Shown here piece after piece: positions 17,616-31,021 of a stretch of DNA of 64,000 bases. This stretch comes from Candidatus Latescibacterota bacterium. GTDB lineage: Bacteria; Latescibacterota; UBA2968. The notes under the pieces were generated by a model. The model saw only the letters and a program-made list of their open reading frames with translations. It was not told where the DNA came from and searched no databases. The stretch spans positions 1,728,001-1,792,000 of the forward strand of contig OZ220741.1 in assembly GCA_965116885.1 (NCBI GenBank), read 5' to 3'. The position numbers and the translations under genes are program-made. Positions within the stretch are counted from its first letter, which is position 1; every line of letters starts with the position of its first letter.

Positions 17616-20099
17616 TTAATTTCCATACCGGAAGCGCACTTCGCGTTCGACGCTCTTGCCACTGACCAGGTCGGTTACGATGACCTCGAGTGCGTTGACA
17701 CCGGGTCTGACTTTGTTGAGGACGATTTCGACGTATTCGCGCTCGTCGGCGTCGCGTCCCGTGAGTTCGTTGGTGATGGCCACCTGGGGTTTGGTGGTTC
17801 TAAAGATGGTGCGCAACCCCGTGGCCACCGCGCCAAATACGCCAACGGCGGGCATGGCGCTGGAGCGAATGCGGTATTCGGTTTTGTAGCGGGTTTGTCC
17901 AAAGGTGTCTTTGGTCAGGTTGTAGATTTCAAAGTAGGCATAGACATTTTGCTTTATGGCATAACTGCGCGTGGGAATGGGAATGATCCACACGTCTTCT
18001 TTTTGGAATTTTGTCGCGCCTGCTTCCGCAATGTTCGAAGCCAGTTGAATTTCGCTGACCTGGAGTTCTGGGATTTGATAGTCTCTGACCTGGAGTTCTT
18101 GCCGGTAGAGTCCGGTGCGTCCAGAGATGAGGTCTTTCATCTGCACCTGGAGTTCGTATTTGCCAGGCGGCACCTGTGTTTTGATGATTTCAGGCACAAA
18201 AGTACCCTGTTCAGTTGTGCTGTGTACTTGTGCGCCGCGATACGCAAACGCATCGGTTGTGCGATAGATAGATGTGTGACCTTCATTTGCCAGCGCAACG
18301 GCCAATTGTACGTGTATGAAACTCGAATCGGCTTCTTGCTCAATTTCGACCTGCTCGGGCGGGATGCCATAGTAGATCTCGAGATTGGTCTGGCCGTCGG
18401 GTCCGCGGAAGTGCGCCAGGTCATAGTAGAAATTGAGTATATCGCCGGGAAGACCAGGGCGATAAAAGTCGGGCGAAGTCGATACGGCTTGCTGATAGAT
18501 GACTTCGGGTGTGTGTTCGGTCATGCGGGCGATATAAGCGATGGCTTCGGCATCTTCGGTCGTGGCTTCGGGCAGTGGGGCAAAGTCATAGCGTCCATTG
18601 CCCATTTCGTCGGTGAATGTAATCTCTATGCCCCCATTGAGCTGAATATAGGTCCAGGTTTCCCAGGGCACGGTATCAATTTCATTGCCAATGGTAATGG
18701 GGGAATAGCGGCCAAATTGTAAGCGGGTGTTGAGTTGTCCGGTTTGCTCATCGAGAACGCTTTCGATGGTACCGTCACGCTCAAATGGATTGCGCTCAAA
18801 ACCGAGCCTGAAGCCCTCACCCTCACCGCCTTCGGCTTCGGGGAGTTCGGTCATACCTTCATCGGCGGCTTCGGTAGCTTCTTCGCCCGTAAAACTTTCG
18901 TCGTCGGCGATGTCAGTAGGGGAGTCTGGCTCAAAGAGAGAACCTGTTTCGCGGTTGGTGCGAATGGGAAAGACGGGACCTGTGAAGGTGAAGAAGGCCG
19001 CTTCGGGACCGTAGATGTCAACGGCCATCTGCGTACGCACGCGCTCTACTTCGGCAGTTTGAACAAAATTGCGGTCATTGGAGCGCGAGCGGTAGTCGGG
19101 TTCGCCATATCGGATATAAACAGCACCTCGCTCATCCCAGGGATAGACATTGGACGAAAAATAGGTGCGTGCATACCAGGTGCGGCGGTAGTGTTCGATG
19201 ACGCGCTCGTTGAGCTTGGTGAGGATGTCGGGGTCGCGTCGTGCCCAGAATTGCTCGCGATATGCCTGTTGTTCGGGTCCCGGTGTGGCGGCGTGGTATT
19301 CCTGGAGTTCTGTATCTGAGGCAACGTAGGCAATATTGGTGTAGTGTGCGCGTTCACTACCTTCGGTGTTGGCGAGATAGCGCTCGAAGAGTTCGAGGGC
19401 TTTTTGCGCCTCGTCGTTGTAAAAATGGCCCTGCGCAACAATGGGCAAGAGATGAACGACGTCGGGATTTGCCGTAAGATAGGGGGCAATATGTTCGCGT
19501 ATTTTGTCAAATGCTTTGGCCTGTACACAGGCTAAACCGTAGTAATAAAGGCCCTCGGGATTATCGGGTTCGAGTTCGACGTATTTCTGATAATACTGCA
19601 TGGCTCTGGTGTGGTCTTCTTGAAATCGCTCATAGACTTCGCCGAGCAAGCGATAGGCCGGACCGTAGTTGGGATCGAGTTTGGTCGCGCGCTTGGCTTC
19701 GCGAATGGCTCTGCGAAAATTGTAATAAGATTGCATTCCTCGCGTGGGTGCTTCGGCATACGTAAGGCCAAGCCCGACATAAGCTTCAACGAGGCTTTTG
19801 TCCAATTTTTTAGCTATTTTGAAGGCGCTTTCAGCTTCTTTATATTCTTTCCGTTTGAGATAGATATAACCCAGTTGAGAATACACATGGGCATCTTCGG
19901 GGAAAAGTTCTAATATGCGTTGCAGGGTTGCCATGGCCTCGTTGATTTCACCCGCTTGAATCTGACGCTGACCCAGGGCAAACATCGTATTTCGATAGGC
20001 TTTGTCTTGTTGAGGCGTTTCATCTTCTTCTGCAAAAAGAGGCAGCGCAATGCAAGAGGCACAGCAGACAACCATCCAGAACCGCAATCCAATTTTCAT
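17616..20099 (-). CDS. TPR and GWxTD domain-containing secreted protein
   Basis: Signal peptide, N-terminal TPRs, FWARRDP..NER..EHYRR..YA and WDERGAVYIRYGEPD (GWxTD variant). Confidence 0.8.
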   Translation of the reverse strand: MKIGLRFWMVVCCASCIALPLFAEEDETPQQDKAYRNTMFALGQRQIQAGEINEAMATLQRILELFPEDAHVYSQLGYIYLKRKEYKEAESAFKIAKKLDKSLVEAYVGLGLTYAEAPTRGMQSYYNFRRAIREAKRATKLDPNYGPAYRLLGEVYERFQEDHTRAMQYYQKYVELEPDNPEGLYYYGLACVQAKAFDKIREHIAPYLTANPDVVHLLPIVAQGHFYNDEAQKALELFERYLANTEGSERAHYTNIAYVASDTELQEYHAATPGPEQQAYREQFWARRDPDILTKLNERVIEHYRRTWYARTYFSSNVYPWDERGAVYIRYGEPDYRSRSNDRNFVQTAEVERVRTQMAVDIYGPEAAFFTFTGPVFPIRTNRETGSLFEPDSPTDIADDESFTGEEATEAADEGMTELPEAEGGEGEGFRLGFERNPFERDGTIESVLDEQTGQLNTRLQFGRYSPITIGNEIDTVPWETWTYIQLNGGIEITFTDEMGNGRYDFAPLPEATTEDAEAIAYIARMTEHTPEVIYQQAVSTSPDFYRPGLPGDILNFYYDLAHFRGPDGQTNLEIYYGIPPEQVEIEQEADSSFIHVQLAVALANEGHTSIYRTTDAFAYRGAQVHSTTEQGTFVPEIIKTQVPPGKYELQVQMKDLISGRTGLYRQELQVRDYQIPELQVSEIQLASNIAEAGATKFQKEDVWIIPIPTRSYAIKQNVYAYFEIYNLTKDTFGQTRYKTEYRIRSSAMPAVGVFGAVATGLRTIFRTTKPQVAITNELTGRDADEREYVEIVLNKVRPGVNALEVIVTDLVSGKSVEREVRFRYGN

Positions 20100-20341
20100 G
20101 GTATTCTCCCGATGGAAAAGTCGGAGGACCAGATGTGTTTTAGTATTTGTTAAAATATTGTAAGGAGATGTCTTTGTCAACAGATTCCAATCAGTTAAAC
20201 ATCGTACAGGAGGCTATGTTGATAACGCCTGACTGATGGGGCGGTTCCGGTTTTTGCGATTCTGTACTTGACCCTCTGAAAAGAAGAGTCTTATGTTGAA
20301 GCAATGGACAAAAGAGGATCTAAACCATTTAGGGGGATTTA

Positions 20342-21661
20342 ATGCGGTATCGGTTTTGTTGGATTGTTGCGTTTTGGGGGCTGATTTTTGAAGGTGTTTC
20401 CGCAGATGCAATAGGAATTCCATGGGACTTGTCTGCGATACTGGGTTCTGTAACGGTTGAGCAGGAGCAGCGGCAACGCTATAATATACAGCCTCGCATA
20501 CGCATGGGGGACTTGTCTGCGGCTTTTGATCTGGAGATTTTTTTGGATCATGAGGGGCGCATTCGGGACAGTGGCTGGGATTTTTCGAGTCGCCGAAGAG
20601 GGGTGGAGAGTCTGTTGCGAAAAATTCACTACGTGCGCTATGGAGATATCGATGATCGCAATCGGCGATTGTCTCTGCACGTCGGTGCTTTGGAATGGGT
20701 GACATTGGGCACGGGGCTGGTGATGCGCAACTATCGCAATACGCACGGTTCGCCGGGGATAAAACGCGCGGGTTTGGACATGAGAATTCGCCATATTTTC
20801 AGGCGTTTGACAGTGCGCGCCGTGATCGGCAATTTGCTGGATTTAGAAAGCGGTGGACCCGTTTTTGGGGGGCGCGTCGAATTTCAACCGGTTCCGCTAT
20901 TGGATATGGGCGTCACGGCGGTTGTGGATGCGGATCAACTCAGTGGCTTGCCCGATTCAATTCGCGCAGATCTGCCGCGCGATGCATTTGCGGCCGCGAG
21001 TGTTGATGTGGGCTATCCCTTTATCGATAGACGGCATCTAAGGGCGAGGCTGTATGCGGGCGCTGGGCGAATTTTGGATGAGGATAGTGGGACGGGTCTC
21101 GCTTTGCCCGGTGTGATGGTTGATGTGGGGCCAGCGCGATTACAGGCGGAGTATCGCTGGGTCAACGGCAGGTTTCAGGCCGGGCATTTTGACGCGCTCT
21201 ACGATGTTAATCGCGCCCTTGTCGATTCGCGTACGGGGGCTATTACAACGCGGGAAGCTACGTTGCAGTCTGAGTCGATGCAAGGGGTGTTTGGCAGTGC
21301 TCTTATGAGATTTTACGGCATTTTTGTGGCAAGTGGATCCTATCAGCACTTGCGCGGAGATGCCAGCAATGCACAGATTGTGGAAGGCCGCGCGGGTATG
21401 ATACCAGAATTTTTGAAACAGATGCCCAAATTAAAAAAAGTGACACGGGCAGAGGGGTATTTTGAGAAGCGCTTTCAGAATATCAGCCTGAGAAATTTAT
21501 TCGATGGCACGCCCAATACGCGGTTTGGATATGTGGTTGCGCTGGAACCCGTAAAGAATACAGTGGTGATAATGGAGGCCGAATTTACTTATTTGCCAGA
21601 TGGTTCCGGCGGATTTCGACGCGAACGGATTTTGAATATTCAGACAAAGATACAGCTTTAA
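20342..21661 (+). CDS. Putative outer-membrane beta-barrel protein
   Basis: Signal peptide, alternating beta-strand pattern, TLGTGLVMRNY motif, terminal strand. Confidence 0.6.
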   Translation: MRYRFCWIVAFWGLIFEGVSADAIGIPWDLSAILGSVTVEQEQRQRYNIQPRIRMGDLSAAFDLEIFLDHEGRIRDSGWDFSSRRRGVESLLRKIHYVRYGDIDDRNRRLSLHVGALEWVTLGTGLVMRNYRNTHGSPGIKRAGLDMRIRHIFRRLTVRAVIGNLLDLESGGPVFGGRVEFQPVPLLDMGVTAVVDADQLSGLPDSIRADLPRDAFAAASVDVGYPFIDRRHLRARLYAGAGRILDEDSGTGLALPGVMVDVGPARLQAEYRWVNGRFQAGHFDALYDVNRALVDSRTGAITTREATLQSESMQGVFGSALMRFYGIFVASGSYQHLRGDASNAQIVEGRAGMIPEFLKQMPKLKKVTRAEGYFEKRFQNISLRNLFDGTPNTRFGYVVALEPVKNTVVIMEAEFTYLPDGSGGFRRERILNIQTKIQL

Positions 21662-21666
21662 ATTAT

Positions 21667-24648
21667 TCAGAACCCCTCAAACTGGCTCAGGTCTGCAATG
21701 CCGTCGGGCAGGGCGGCGATGTGCTGGGCAAGGGCGAGGCGCGATTGCTTGAGGTCGGGATCATCGACCATGATGAGCACGTCTTCGAAGAAGCTGTTGA
21801 TGGGGTCGCGCAATTCGGCCATGACCTGGATCAGGGCGGTGAGTTTGTCGTCGGCTGCATCCATTGTTTTGCGCGCGGCGAGATAGGCTTTGTGCAGTGC
21901 CTGGGAGGCTTCTTCGGGGTCGCGGTCAGGAGTGAGATCGTAGTGCTCTGAGAGGTCGCGCACAATGCGTTTGCACCGCGCATGGGCATGGAGGATGTCG
22001 AGCCATTGATCGGAATGGATTTGCGCGGTAAATGCCCGGGCAATCCGCTGGATTTGATAGGGGTCATCCAAATTTTCCGCAATCGCAGCGGAAATTGCGT
22101 CGTGGCGCAGGCCCTCGTCTCGCAGGACTACTTCGAGGCGACGGATAATGTAGTCAAAGGCTTCGTCGAGGGCATCTCGTTTGACTACAACGGACAAGTG
22201 ATTGGCGGCTACATTGAGGCCCTGGCGCAGGGGAAAATGCATTTTGTAACCGAGGAGATTTGAAAGCAGACCCAGGGTGTCGCGCCTGAGACCATAAGGG
22301 TCAGCATTTGAGCGGGGTTTGATGCCCACGCCAAAAAGACCGGCGAGGCTGTCGAGACGGTCGGCTATTGAGACAGCGAGACCGGGTTGTGTTTGGGGCA
22401 GTGAGTCGCCCGGGAAGCGCGGATGGTAATGGTCTTCAATGGCGCGCGCAACGGCTTTCGTTTCGCCGGAAGACAGGGCGTAGTAGCGGCCCATGATGCC
22501 TTGCAGAGAGGTCATTTCAACGACCATGCTGGTCGCCAGATCGGCTTTGCACAATACGGCTGCGCGCAGAGCCGTTTTTTTATTTTTTTCCCGAAGTCCA
22601 AGCGCGGCAGATAAGTCGTTGACGAGTTTTTCAACACGGCGGGTTTTGTCGCGCATAGAGCCGAGTTTTTCTTGAAAGGTGAGGGTGTCCAGGCGCGACA
22701 GAAAGTCGCCGAGTTTTTTGTTTGTGTCGTCTTCGTAAAAGAATCTGGCGTCGGCATATCTGGCGCGTATGACGTTTTCATTGCCTTTGACGACGAGGTC
22801 GGGGTCGTCGGGTATTCCGTTGCATACAGTGATGAAGTTGGGTTTGAGATCGCCTTTTTCGTCGAGTATTGGAAAATATCGCTGATGTTTTTTCATGACG
22901 GCGATGAGCATTTCGCGGGGTAGGGAAAGGCGCGCGCTTTCAAAGGTGCCACAAAGCGCGTGCGGGGCTTCGACGAGGTCGGTGACTTCGTCGATCAGGT
23001 CGGGATCGTCGGGCACGTTGCCGTCAATTTGTTGGGCTACTGTTTCGATTTGTTGTTTGATGGTTTCGCGCCGTTTGTCGCGGTTGACTACGATGCCGTG
23101 TTTTTGCATTTGCGCGCGATAGTCAGAAGCAGAAGCGATTTCGATTTCTGGCGAGGCGTTGGGGCGCAGCCCGCGACTCGTGCGTCCTGCTGTTGCGCGC
23201 GCATAAGTGAATGGGATGATTTGATCGCCAAAGAGAGCGACAATCCAGCGGAGGGGCCGCGGATATGCGATTCCTTCAGAATTCCAGCGCATGGTTTTGC
23301 CAAAGCTGAGTTTGGCGATGAGTTCGGGTAGCAGTTCAGAGAGGATTTCCTGGGTTTTGCGTCCGTAAATGGTGATGCCTGCCCAGACGTAGTCGTCGCG
23401 CTGTTCTACTTCTGACGGATCAATGCCCTGTCCGCGGGCAAATCCCTGAAGTGCTCGGGTGGGATCGCCGTCATTGTCATAGGCGATGCGGATGGCTGGT
23501 CCGCGCGCTTGTTTGATTTCATCGGGTTGCCGTCCCAGCAGATTTTTGACGATGGCATATTGTCTGCGCGGCGTACCGCTGACTTCGATGCTGTCGTACG
23601 TGAGATTTGCTTCGCCGAGGTGTTCGGGCAGCAGTTTTTCGAGTTGTGATATCGCGCTGACGACATCGGCAGGTGGCAGTTCTTCCGAGCCGATTTCGAG
23701 CAGGAGATCGGCGGCGTTTAATTCGGGCAGTTCTTCGGCTTCGGATACCAGTGGGGGCTTGTCCTTTAATGGTTTTATGAGGGGATGTCCCTGGTCTTCG
23801 CGTTGTTTGACATAGGCTTCGGCTATTTGGCGCGAGAGGTCGCGCATTTGGGCAAAAAAACGGGCGCGTTCGGTTACGCCAATGGCACCGCGCGTGTCGA
23901 GCAGATTAAAGGTGTGCGAGCAGCGAATGACGTAGTCGTGTGCGGGAATGACGAGGTCGCGGTCAAGAGCTGCCTGGGCTTCGGCTGTAAAGATGTCGTA
24001 CATGGATTTGAGGCGGTTGACGTCGGCCCAGTAGAATTCGTAGTTGCAGTATTCTATTTCTTGTCTTTTGAGGATGTCGCCATAAGTTACTGTGTCATTC
24101 CACTGCAATTGCCAGACTTCATCCACGCCTTGAAGATACATGGCAATGCGTTCGAGACCGTAGGTGATTTCAACGGCAACGGGATCGAGTTGCATGCCGC
24201 CCGCCTGCTGGAAATAGGTAAATTGCGTGATTTCCATGCCGTCTAACCACACTTCCCATCCCAGGCCCCATGCACCCAGAGCTGGGGATTCCCAGTTGTC
24301 TTCGACAAAGCGGATGTCGTGTGCTTTGCAATCGAGTCCCAGAGTTTCGAGGCTTTTGAGATACAGTTCCTGCGGGTTGCCGGGATCGGGTTTGAGGATG
24401 ACCTGATACTGGGTGTGCATTTGCATGCGGTTGGGATTTTCACCAAAGCGCCCATCGTCGGGGCGATAGGAGGGTTCAACATAAGCGACGTTCCAGGGTT
24501 CGGGGCCAAGTACGCGCAATACTGTGGCGGCGTTCATTGTGCCTGCGCCCACTTTTTCGCTGTAGGGTTGCCATATTATACAGCCGTTGTCGGCCCAGAA
24601 GCGCTCAAGGCGCATGATCAGGTCTTGAAAATTCAGGTGGTTGCTCAC
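21667..24648 (-). CDS. glyQS: Glycine--tRNA ligase, fused alpha and beta subunits
   Basis: Alpha: [38 protein letters not shown]. Beta: [31 protein letters not shown]. One ORF; GTG start at 24648 with GAGGA RBS. Confidence 0.96.
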   Translation of the reverse strand: MSNHLNFQDLIMRLERFWADNGCIIWQPYSEKVGAGTMNAATVLRVLGPEPWNVAYVEPSYRPDDGRFGENPNRMQMHTQYQVILKPDPGNPQELYLKSLETLGLDCKAHDIRFVEDNWESPALGAWGLGWEVWLDGMEITQFTYFQQAGGMQLDPVAVEITYGLERIAMYLQGVDEVWQLQWNDTVTYGDILKRQEIEYCNYEFYWADVNRLKSMYDIFTAEAQAALDRDLVIPAHDYVIRCSHTFNLLDTRGAIGVTERARFFAQMRDLSRQIAEAYVKQREDQGHPLIKPLKDKPPLVSEAEELPELNAADLLLEIGSEELPPADVVSAISQLEKLLPEHLGEANLTYDSIEVSGTPRRQYAIVKNLLGRQPDEIKQARGPAIRIAYDNDGDPTRALQGFARGQGIDPSEVEQRDDYVWAGITIYGRKTQEILSELLPELIAKLSFGKTMRWNSEGIAYPRPLRWIVALFGDQIIPFTYARATAGRTSRGLRPNASPEIEIASASDYRAQMQKHGIVVNRDKRRETIKQQIETVAQQIDGNVPDDPDLIDEVTDLVEAPHALCGTFESARLSLPREMLIAVMKKHQRYFPILDEKGDLKPNFITVCNGIPDDPDLVVKGNENVIRARYADARFFYEDDTNKKLGDFLSRLDTLTFQEKLGSMRDKTRRVEKLVNDLSAALGLREKNKKTALRAAVLCKADLATSMVVEMTSLQGIMGRYYALSSGETKAVARAIEDHYHPRFPGDSLPQTQPGLAVSIADRLDSLAGLFGVGIKPRSNADPYGLRRDTLGLLSNLLGYKMHFPLRQGLNVAANHLSVVVKRDALDEAFDYIIRRLEVVLRDEGLRHDAISAAIAENLDDPYQIQRIARAFTAQIHSDQWLDILHAHARCKRIVRDLSEHYDLTPDRDPEEASQALHKAYLAARKTMDAADDKLTALIQVMAELRDPINSFFEDVLIMVDDPDLKQSRLALAQHIAALPDGIADLSQFEGF

Positions 24649-24690
24649 GGTTGGTTCCTCGGTTGGTGTATCGTAGGGACAGAGGGTAGC

Positions 24691-24762
24691 GGGCGGGCAC
24701 AGGGGCACCGCCCCTACATGCAATGATCGTGTCCGTGTAGGGGACGGCCCCTGTGCCGTCCC
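24691..24762. repeat. Inverted pair of GTAG-type REP elements (REPIN-like)
   Basis: GGGCGGGCACAGGGGCACCGCCCCTAC (24691-24717, identical to 50076-50102) and GTAGGGGACGGCCCCTGTGCCGTCCC (24737-24762). Confidence 0.8.
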
Positions 24763-24835
24763 GAATCAAAGGTCAAATGATACCCTGATTTTTAGTTTGT
24801 GTCAACTTGTGGTCGGTTTCACGCGTTTTTTCCTC

Positions 24836-24941
24836 TTGCAAAAGCCCATTTTCTCGCCTATATTTTGGATAGATGGCGACTGGTAAAATTAAATACAAAC
24901 GCTCCCTCATAAGGGGGCGTTTTTTTTTACGCGGGAGGTAA
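24836..24941 (+). promoter_or_regulatory. pyrB promoter and attenuator leader with a 22-codon leader ORF
   Basis: TTGCAA-N17-TATATT (24836-24864); hairpin ACGCTCCCT..AGGGGGCGT plus T-run (24899-24928); leader ORF 24873-24941. Confidence 0.65.
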
Positions 24942-24944
24942 GAG

Positions 24945-25871
24945 ATGGACAGTCTGTTTCACGTAATTGAGGCGCAGCAATTTAGTCGAGATATCATGAA
25001 TGAGATTTTTGGCGTGACGCGAGAGATGGAGCATGTGGTCAGCCGTTATGGTTCGAATATTTTGAATCGGCGGATTATGGCGACTTTGTTTTACGAACCG
25101 AGTACGCGCACGCGGTTGTCTTTTGAAGCGGCGATGTATCGCCTGGGTGGCGAGGTGATTACTACAGAGAGCGCGCGGGAGTTTTCATCGGCGGCAAAGG
25201 GCGAAACGCTCGAAGATACGATCCGTATTGTAGAGGGGTATTCCGATGTGATTGTGTTGCGGCACTACGAGAGCGGTTCTGCACGGCGGGCAGCAGAGGT
25301 GGCGTCGATTCCCATTCTCAATGCAGGTGACGGGCCGGGGCAGCATCCCACGCAGGCACTTTTGGATGTGTACACGATTCAGAAAGAGATCGGCAGGTTA
25401 GATGGTATTCATGTGGCATTGGTCGGCGATCTGGCAAATGGTCGGACGGCGCGGTCGCTGGCTTATTTGTTGACAAAGTACGAAGATGTGAAGTTGTATT
25501 TTGTGGCGCCAGAGATGGTGCGTATGAGAGATGATATCAAGGGGTATCTGACAGAACACGGGGTAGCGTTTGAGGAAGAAGACGATCTGATGAGCGTGAT
25601 GTCGAAGGTGGATGTGGTGTATCAGACGCGGATTCAGCGTGAGCGGTTTGGCGATCGGATACAAGATTACGAGCGGGCGCGGGGAAAGTATATTATCGAT
25701 GTGGAGACGATGTCGGCGCTTTCGGAGAATGCGATTGTGATGCATCCCCTGCCCCGGGTGGATGAGATTGATCCGGCTGTTGATACGGATCCCCGCGCTG
25801 CGTATTTTCGCCAGGCACACAATGGTGTTTTTATTCGCATGGCACTGTTGCAGATGGTGTTGGGCGTGTGA
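24945..25871 (+). CDS. pyrB: Aspartate carbamoyltransferase catalytic subunit
   Basis: FYEPSTRTRLSF, KGETLEDT, NAGDG..HPTQALLD, RIQRER, MHPLPR. Confidence 0.97.
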   Translation: MDSLFHVIEAQQFSRDIMNEIFGVTREMEHVVSRYGSNILNRRIMATLFYEPSTRTRLSFEAAMYRLGGEVITTESAREFSSAAKGETLEDTIRIVEGYSDVIVLRHYESGSARRAAEVASIPILNAGDGPGQHPTQALLDVYTIQKEIGRLDGIHVALVGDLANGRTARSLAYLLTKYEDVKLYFVAPEMVRMRDDIKGYLTEHGVAFEEEDDLMSVMSKVDVVYQTRIQRERFGDRIQDYERARGKYIIDVETMSALSENAIVMHPLPRVDEIDPAVDTDPRAAYFRQAHNGVFIRMALLQMVLGV

Positions 25872-25880
25872 TAGAGGGGT

Positions 25881-26306
25881 TTAAGATAACGTCCCCAGAT
25901 CTCTTTCAAATACCAGGAGTACAATAGAACCAGATAGCGATTCCGTCACGGCGATTCGACTTTGTTTGTCGTAGAAAAATCCCGAAAAATTTCGTCCTGG
26001 GGTGGAAAATGTGATTTCAAATTTTGAATTTACAGCGTAATTCCCATCTATCTCCCAAACACTTTGTTCTGGACTGCCAAAGCTCGCAGATAAGCGATAG
26101 GTTCTGTCCGGGTTTAATTCGATAAATCCAGTGGGCGGATTTTTTTCCGCTTCGCGATTCCGATAGACCAGAGCGCGTCCGCGACCCGAATCAATTTTGA
26201 CTGCCTGCAATGTGTAAATTCCCGCCACGGCCTGTGGCGATGTGGGCGATTCTGTGCCACAGGTACTCAAGAGCAATCCGAGAAAAATAATCGCGATCCG
26301 TTTCAT
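25881..26306 (-). CDS. Hypothetical lipoprotein
   Basis: MKRIAIIFLGLLLST-C lipobox-like signal. Confidence 0.65.
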   Translation of the reverse strand: MKRIAIIFLGLLLSTCGTESPTSPQAVAGIYTLQAVKIDSGRGRALVYRNREAEKNPPTGFIELNPDRTYRLSASFGSPEQSVWEIDGNYAVNSKFEITFSTPGRNFSGFFYDKQSRIAVTESLSGSIVLLVFERDLGTLS

Positions 26307-26433
26307 ATCAACCTGTCTCCAGGTGCTCTTTGCCGCTCAAATTATGTGTTTTAACTTAACCCAACTGTTTCGTTTATGCGAGTATTTTCTATCACCTTGA
26401 CGGATTAGCTACTGTGCGAGTATATTGTTGCTT

Positions 26434-27360
26434 ATGATTTCTGATGAGATGAGAAGACGCATTGCCGCGCTCAATCGCCGCGATTTGAAACACGCAGATG
26501 AGGTTGCTGAAGCCGAGGCGCAAGTAGAGCCTGAAGTCCGTCCTGTCCGTGGAGAGAGACGTGCGCCCGATCCCGGTGAGTTGCGCGTGATGGCTACTGC
26601 GTCCGATGCGCGATTGCATCTCGCGCTGGACGAGGTGACACAGGGCGAGGTGATTCATACACCCGCAGGTACATTTCTGTTGATTGATCAGACTGTTCAA
26701 GAGTTTCTGAGCGGTGGCGGGCGGGCGTTTGGTGCGCGATACGAACGCGCGATAAGCGCGTTACATGCGGGTAATGTGCCACACGATCCGTATGATACGT
26801 TTCATACTTTGATTGATGCACGCGCCGAAGATGTGATTTACGTCGATATTGAGACGACGGGGTTGACGGCTGGTACGCCGCTGTTTTTGATTGGCGTGTT
26901 GGGGCATTTTGATGGCGATTTGCGCGTTGTGCAGTTGCTGGCGCGAGATTATACGGAAGAGGCCGCGTTGTTGTCGCATTTCGTCACCATGTTAGATGCT
27001 TCACAGGTGATCGTCAGCTTTAATGGCAAGTCGTATGATTTGCCCTATATCCGCGACCGGTGTTTGTTTATGGGGGTGCCGTTTCGGTTGCGACAAGCGC
27101 ATATCGATATGTTGCATGTCGGGCGTCGTATATGGGGCAGGCAGTTGCCCAATTGCAAGTTGCAGACTCTGGAACAATATATTTGCCGTCGCACCCGGCA
27201 AGGCGATATTCCAGGTGCGGAGATTCCCAATGCGTATCACCGGTTTGTTAAGTCGGGAAATGCTGTACAGATGCGCGATATTTTACACCACAATGTGCTG
27301 GATCTGCTGACGACGACAGAGGTGTTGTTGCGTGTGATAGAGGGGAGGGTGTATTTGTAG
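26434..27360 (+). CDS. YprB-like RNase H-fold exonuclease (RNase_H_2)
   Basis: YVDIETTGL, SFNGKSYDLPY, HIDMLH, HHNVLDL. Confidence 0.85.
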   Translation: MISDEMRRRIAALNRRDLKHADEVAEAEAQVEPEVRPVRGERRAPDPGELRVMATASDARLHLALDEVTQGEVIHTPAGTFLLIDQTVQEFLSGGGRAFGARYERAISALHAGNVPHDPYDTFHTLIDARAEDVIYVDIETTGLTAGTPLFLIGVLGHFDGDLRVVQLLARDYTEEAALLSHFVTMLDASQVIVSFNGKSYDLPYIRDRCLFMGVPFRLRQAHIDMLHVGRRIWGRQLPNCKLQTLEQYICRRTRQGDIPGAEIPNAYHRFVKSGNAVQMRDILHHNVLDLLTTTEVLLRVIEGRVYL

Positions 27361-27382
27361 GGGCGACCCCCTGTGGTCGCCC
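27357..27382 (+). repeat. GTAG-type REP supplying the TAG stop of the upstream gene
   Basis: GTAGGGGCGACCCCCTGTGGTCGCCC, identical to 29800-29825. Confidence 0.85.
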
Positions 27383-27394
27383 GCAGGTGGTCAT

Positions 27395-29825
<2,431 letters not shown>

Positions 29826-29870
29826 GCTGATTATATTGTTTGGGTATTATCACAGAGGAGGAGGCGAGGT

Positions 29871-30530
29871 ATGAGTATGCGGTGGATTATTGGTTTGTTT
29901 TTTATCGGATGTGTTGTAGCGCAACAGGTCTGGGCAGAGACATCATTGGGGTTGCCGGTTGAGGGCGTGCAGACGATTGTGTTGCGCAATGAGGTGGGTA
30001 AAAATCAGATTCGGTTTGTGAGTTCGGCACCGCTGGAGGAGATCCACGGTACAGCGTCGGAGATTTCGGGTGCGTTAAAATTGGATCCGGCAAATGTGGA
30101 GGGTATGACGGGGAAGATTGAGGTGCAGGTTGCGAGTATGGAGACGGGTATCGAGAAGCGCGACGCGCATTTGCACAGCGCGGATTGGTTGGATGAAAAA
30201 CAGTTTCCGGTGATTGTGTTTGAGATTGTGGGGTTGAAGGATGTGTCTGTGGAGGGAGGAGAAGATAGGGCTGTGATTAAGGGTTTGGCTATGGGGACGT
30301 TTTCACTGCACGGCGTGGATAAGGAGATGGAGATTCCTTTTGAGGCGACGTATTTGCTGGCGTCAGAGCAGACAAAGAAGCGCGCGTTAGGGGATTTTTT
30401 TGTGGTGAAGGGCGAGTTTGAGATTGCGTTGAAGGATTTTGATATTGCAGGCGCGCGCGGGCTGGTGGGCAATCGCGTTGGGAAGAAGATCGATTTGAAG
30501 ACGAATTTTTTTGGTTCTACAAGGCGGTGA
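29871..30530 (+). CDS. YceI family periplasmic lipid/isoprenoid-binding protein
   Basis: Signal peptide; METGIEKRDAHL..WLD..FPVIVF; GTFSLHGV; strong RBS. Confidence 0.88.
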   Translation: MSMRWIIGLFFIGCVVAQQVWAETSLGLPVEGVQTIVLRNEVGKNQIRFVSSAPLEEIHGTASEISGALKLDPANVEGMTGKIEVQVASMETGIEKRDAHLHSADWLDEKQFPVIVFEIVGLKDVSVEGGEDRAVIKGLAMGTFSLHGVDKEMEIPFEATYLLASEQTKKRALGDFFVVKGEFEIALKDFDIAGARGLVGNRVGKKIDLKTNFFGSTRR

Positions 30531-30546
30531 GACGGGAGAAGCACCC

Positions 30547-30570
30547 GTAGGGGCGAGGCATGCCTCGCCC
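30547..30570 (+). repeat. GTAG-type REP palindrome at the left edge of the AT-rich island
   Basis: Identical to 6226-6249. Confidence 0.85.
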
Positions 30571-30875
30571 GTCATTTTGGCATGTAAACCGCGATTCAGT
30601 GTTTGCGAACTGTGGATGGGAAAACTTGATATCCCATTCACAGTTTTTTTATAAAAATGCACCAATTCTGAAAAAAATGAAAAAATCTAACATATGAATA
30701 ATGATTCTAATATATGAGCAATCTTTTCCAATTGCAGTCATAGACGCAATGGTGTTATTATACAAAAGCCGCTGACAAGACCAGGACAAGTCAACTGTCA
30801 GCGGCGGCAAATATCTCAAGCTGATAACTTGAGAAGGATAAATAAAGGTAGCGACCTGAAGCGCGATTGTCAATG

Positions 30876-30925
30876 TGAATATAATGTTCAATGCAAAAAG
30901 AGAAAAGTGAACAATGTGTTCACTT
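30876..30925. promoter_or_regulatory. Tandem palindromic sites TGAAYA-N3-TGTTCA, putative bEBP enhancer (UAS)
   Basis: TGAATA-taa-TGTTCA (30876-30890) and AAGTGAACA-atg-TGTTCACTT (30905-30925); centres 32 bp apart. Confidence 0.55.
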
Positions 30926-31021
30926 CTCAATTCGATGTTCAGCCTGACTTTTACTCGATAATAATCTCTATACGAAATAAAAATAATGACTTACAAATAT
31001 TATTATTTTAAAAGTCCACAT

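Noticed and set aside
30905..30925. LexA (Cheo) box
   Set aside because: Spacing is GAAC-N5-GTTC rather than N4, and the geometry fits a sigma54 enhancer better
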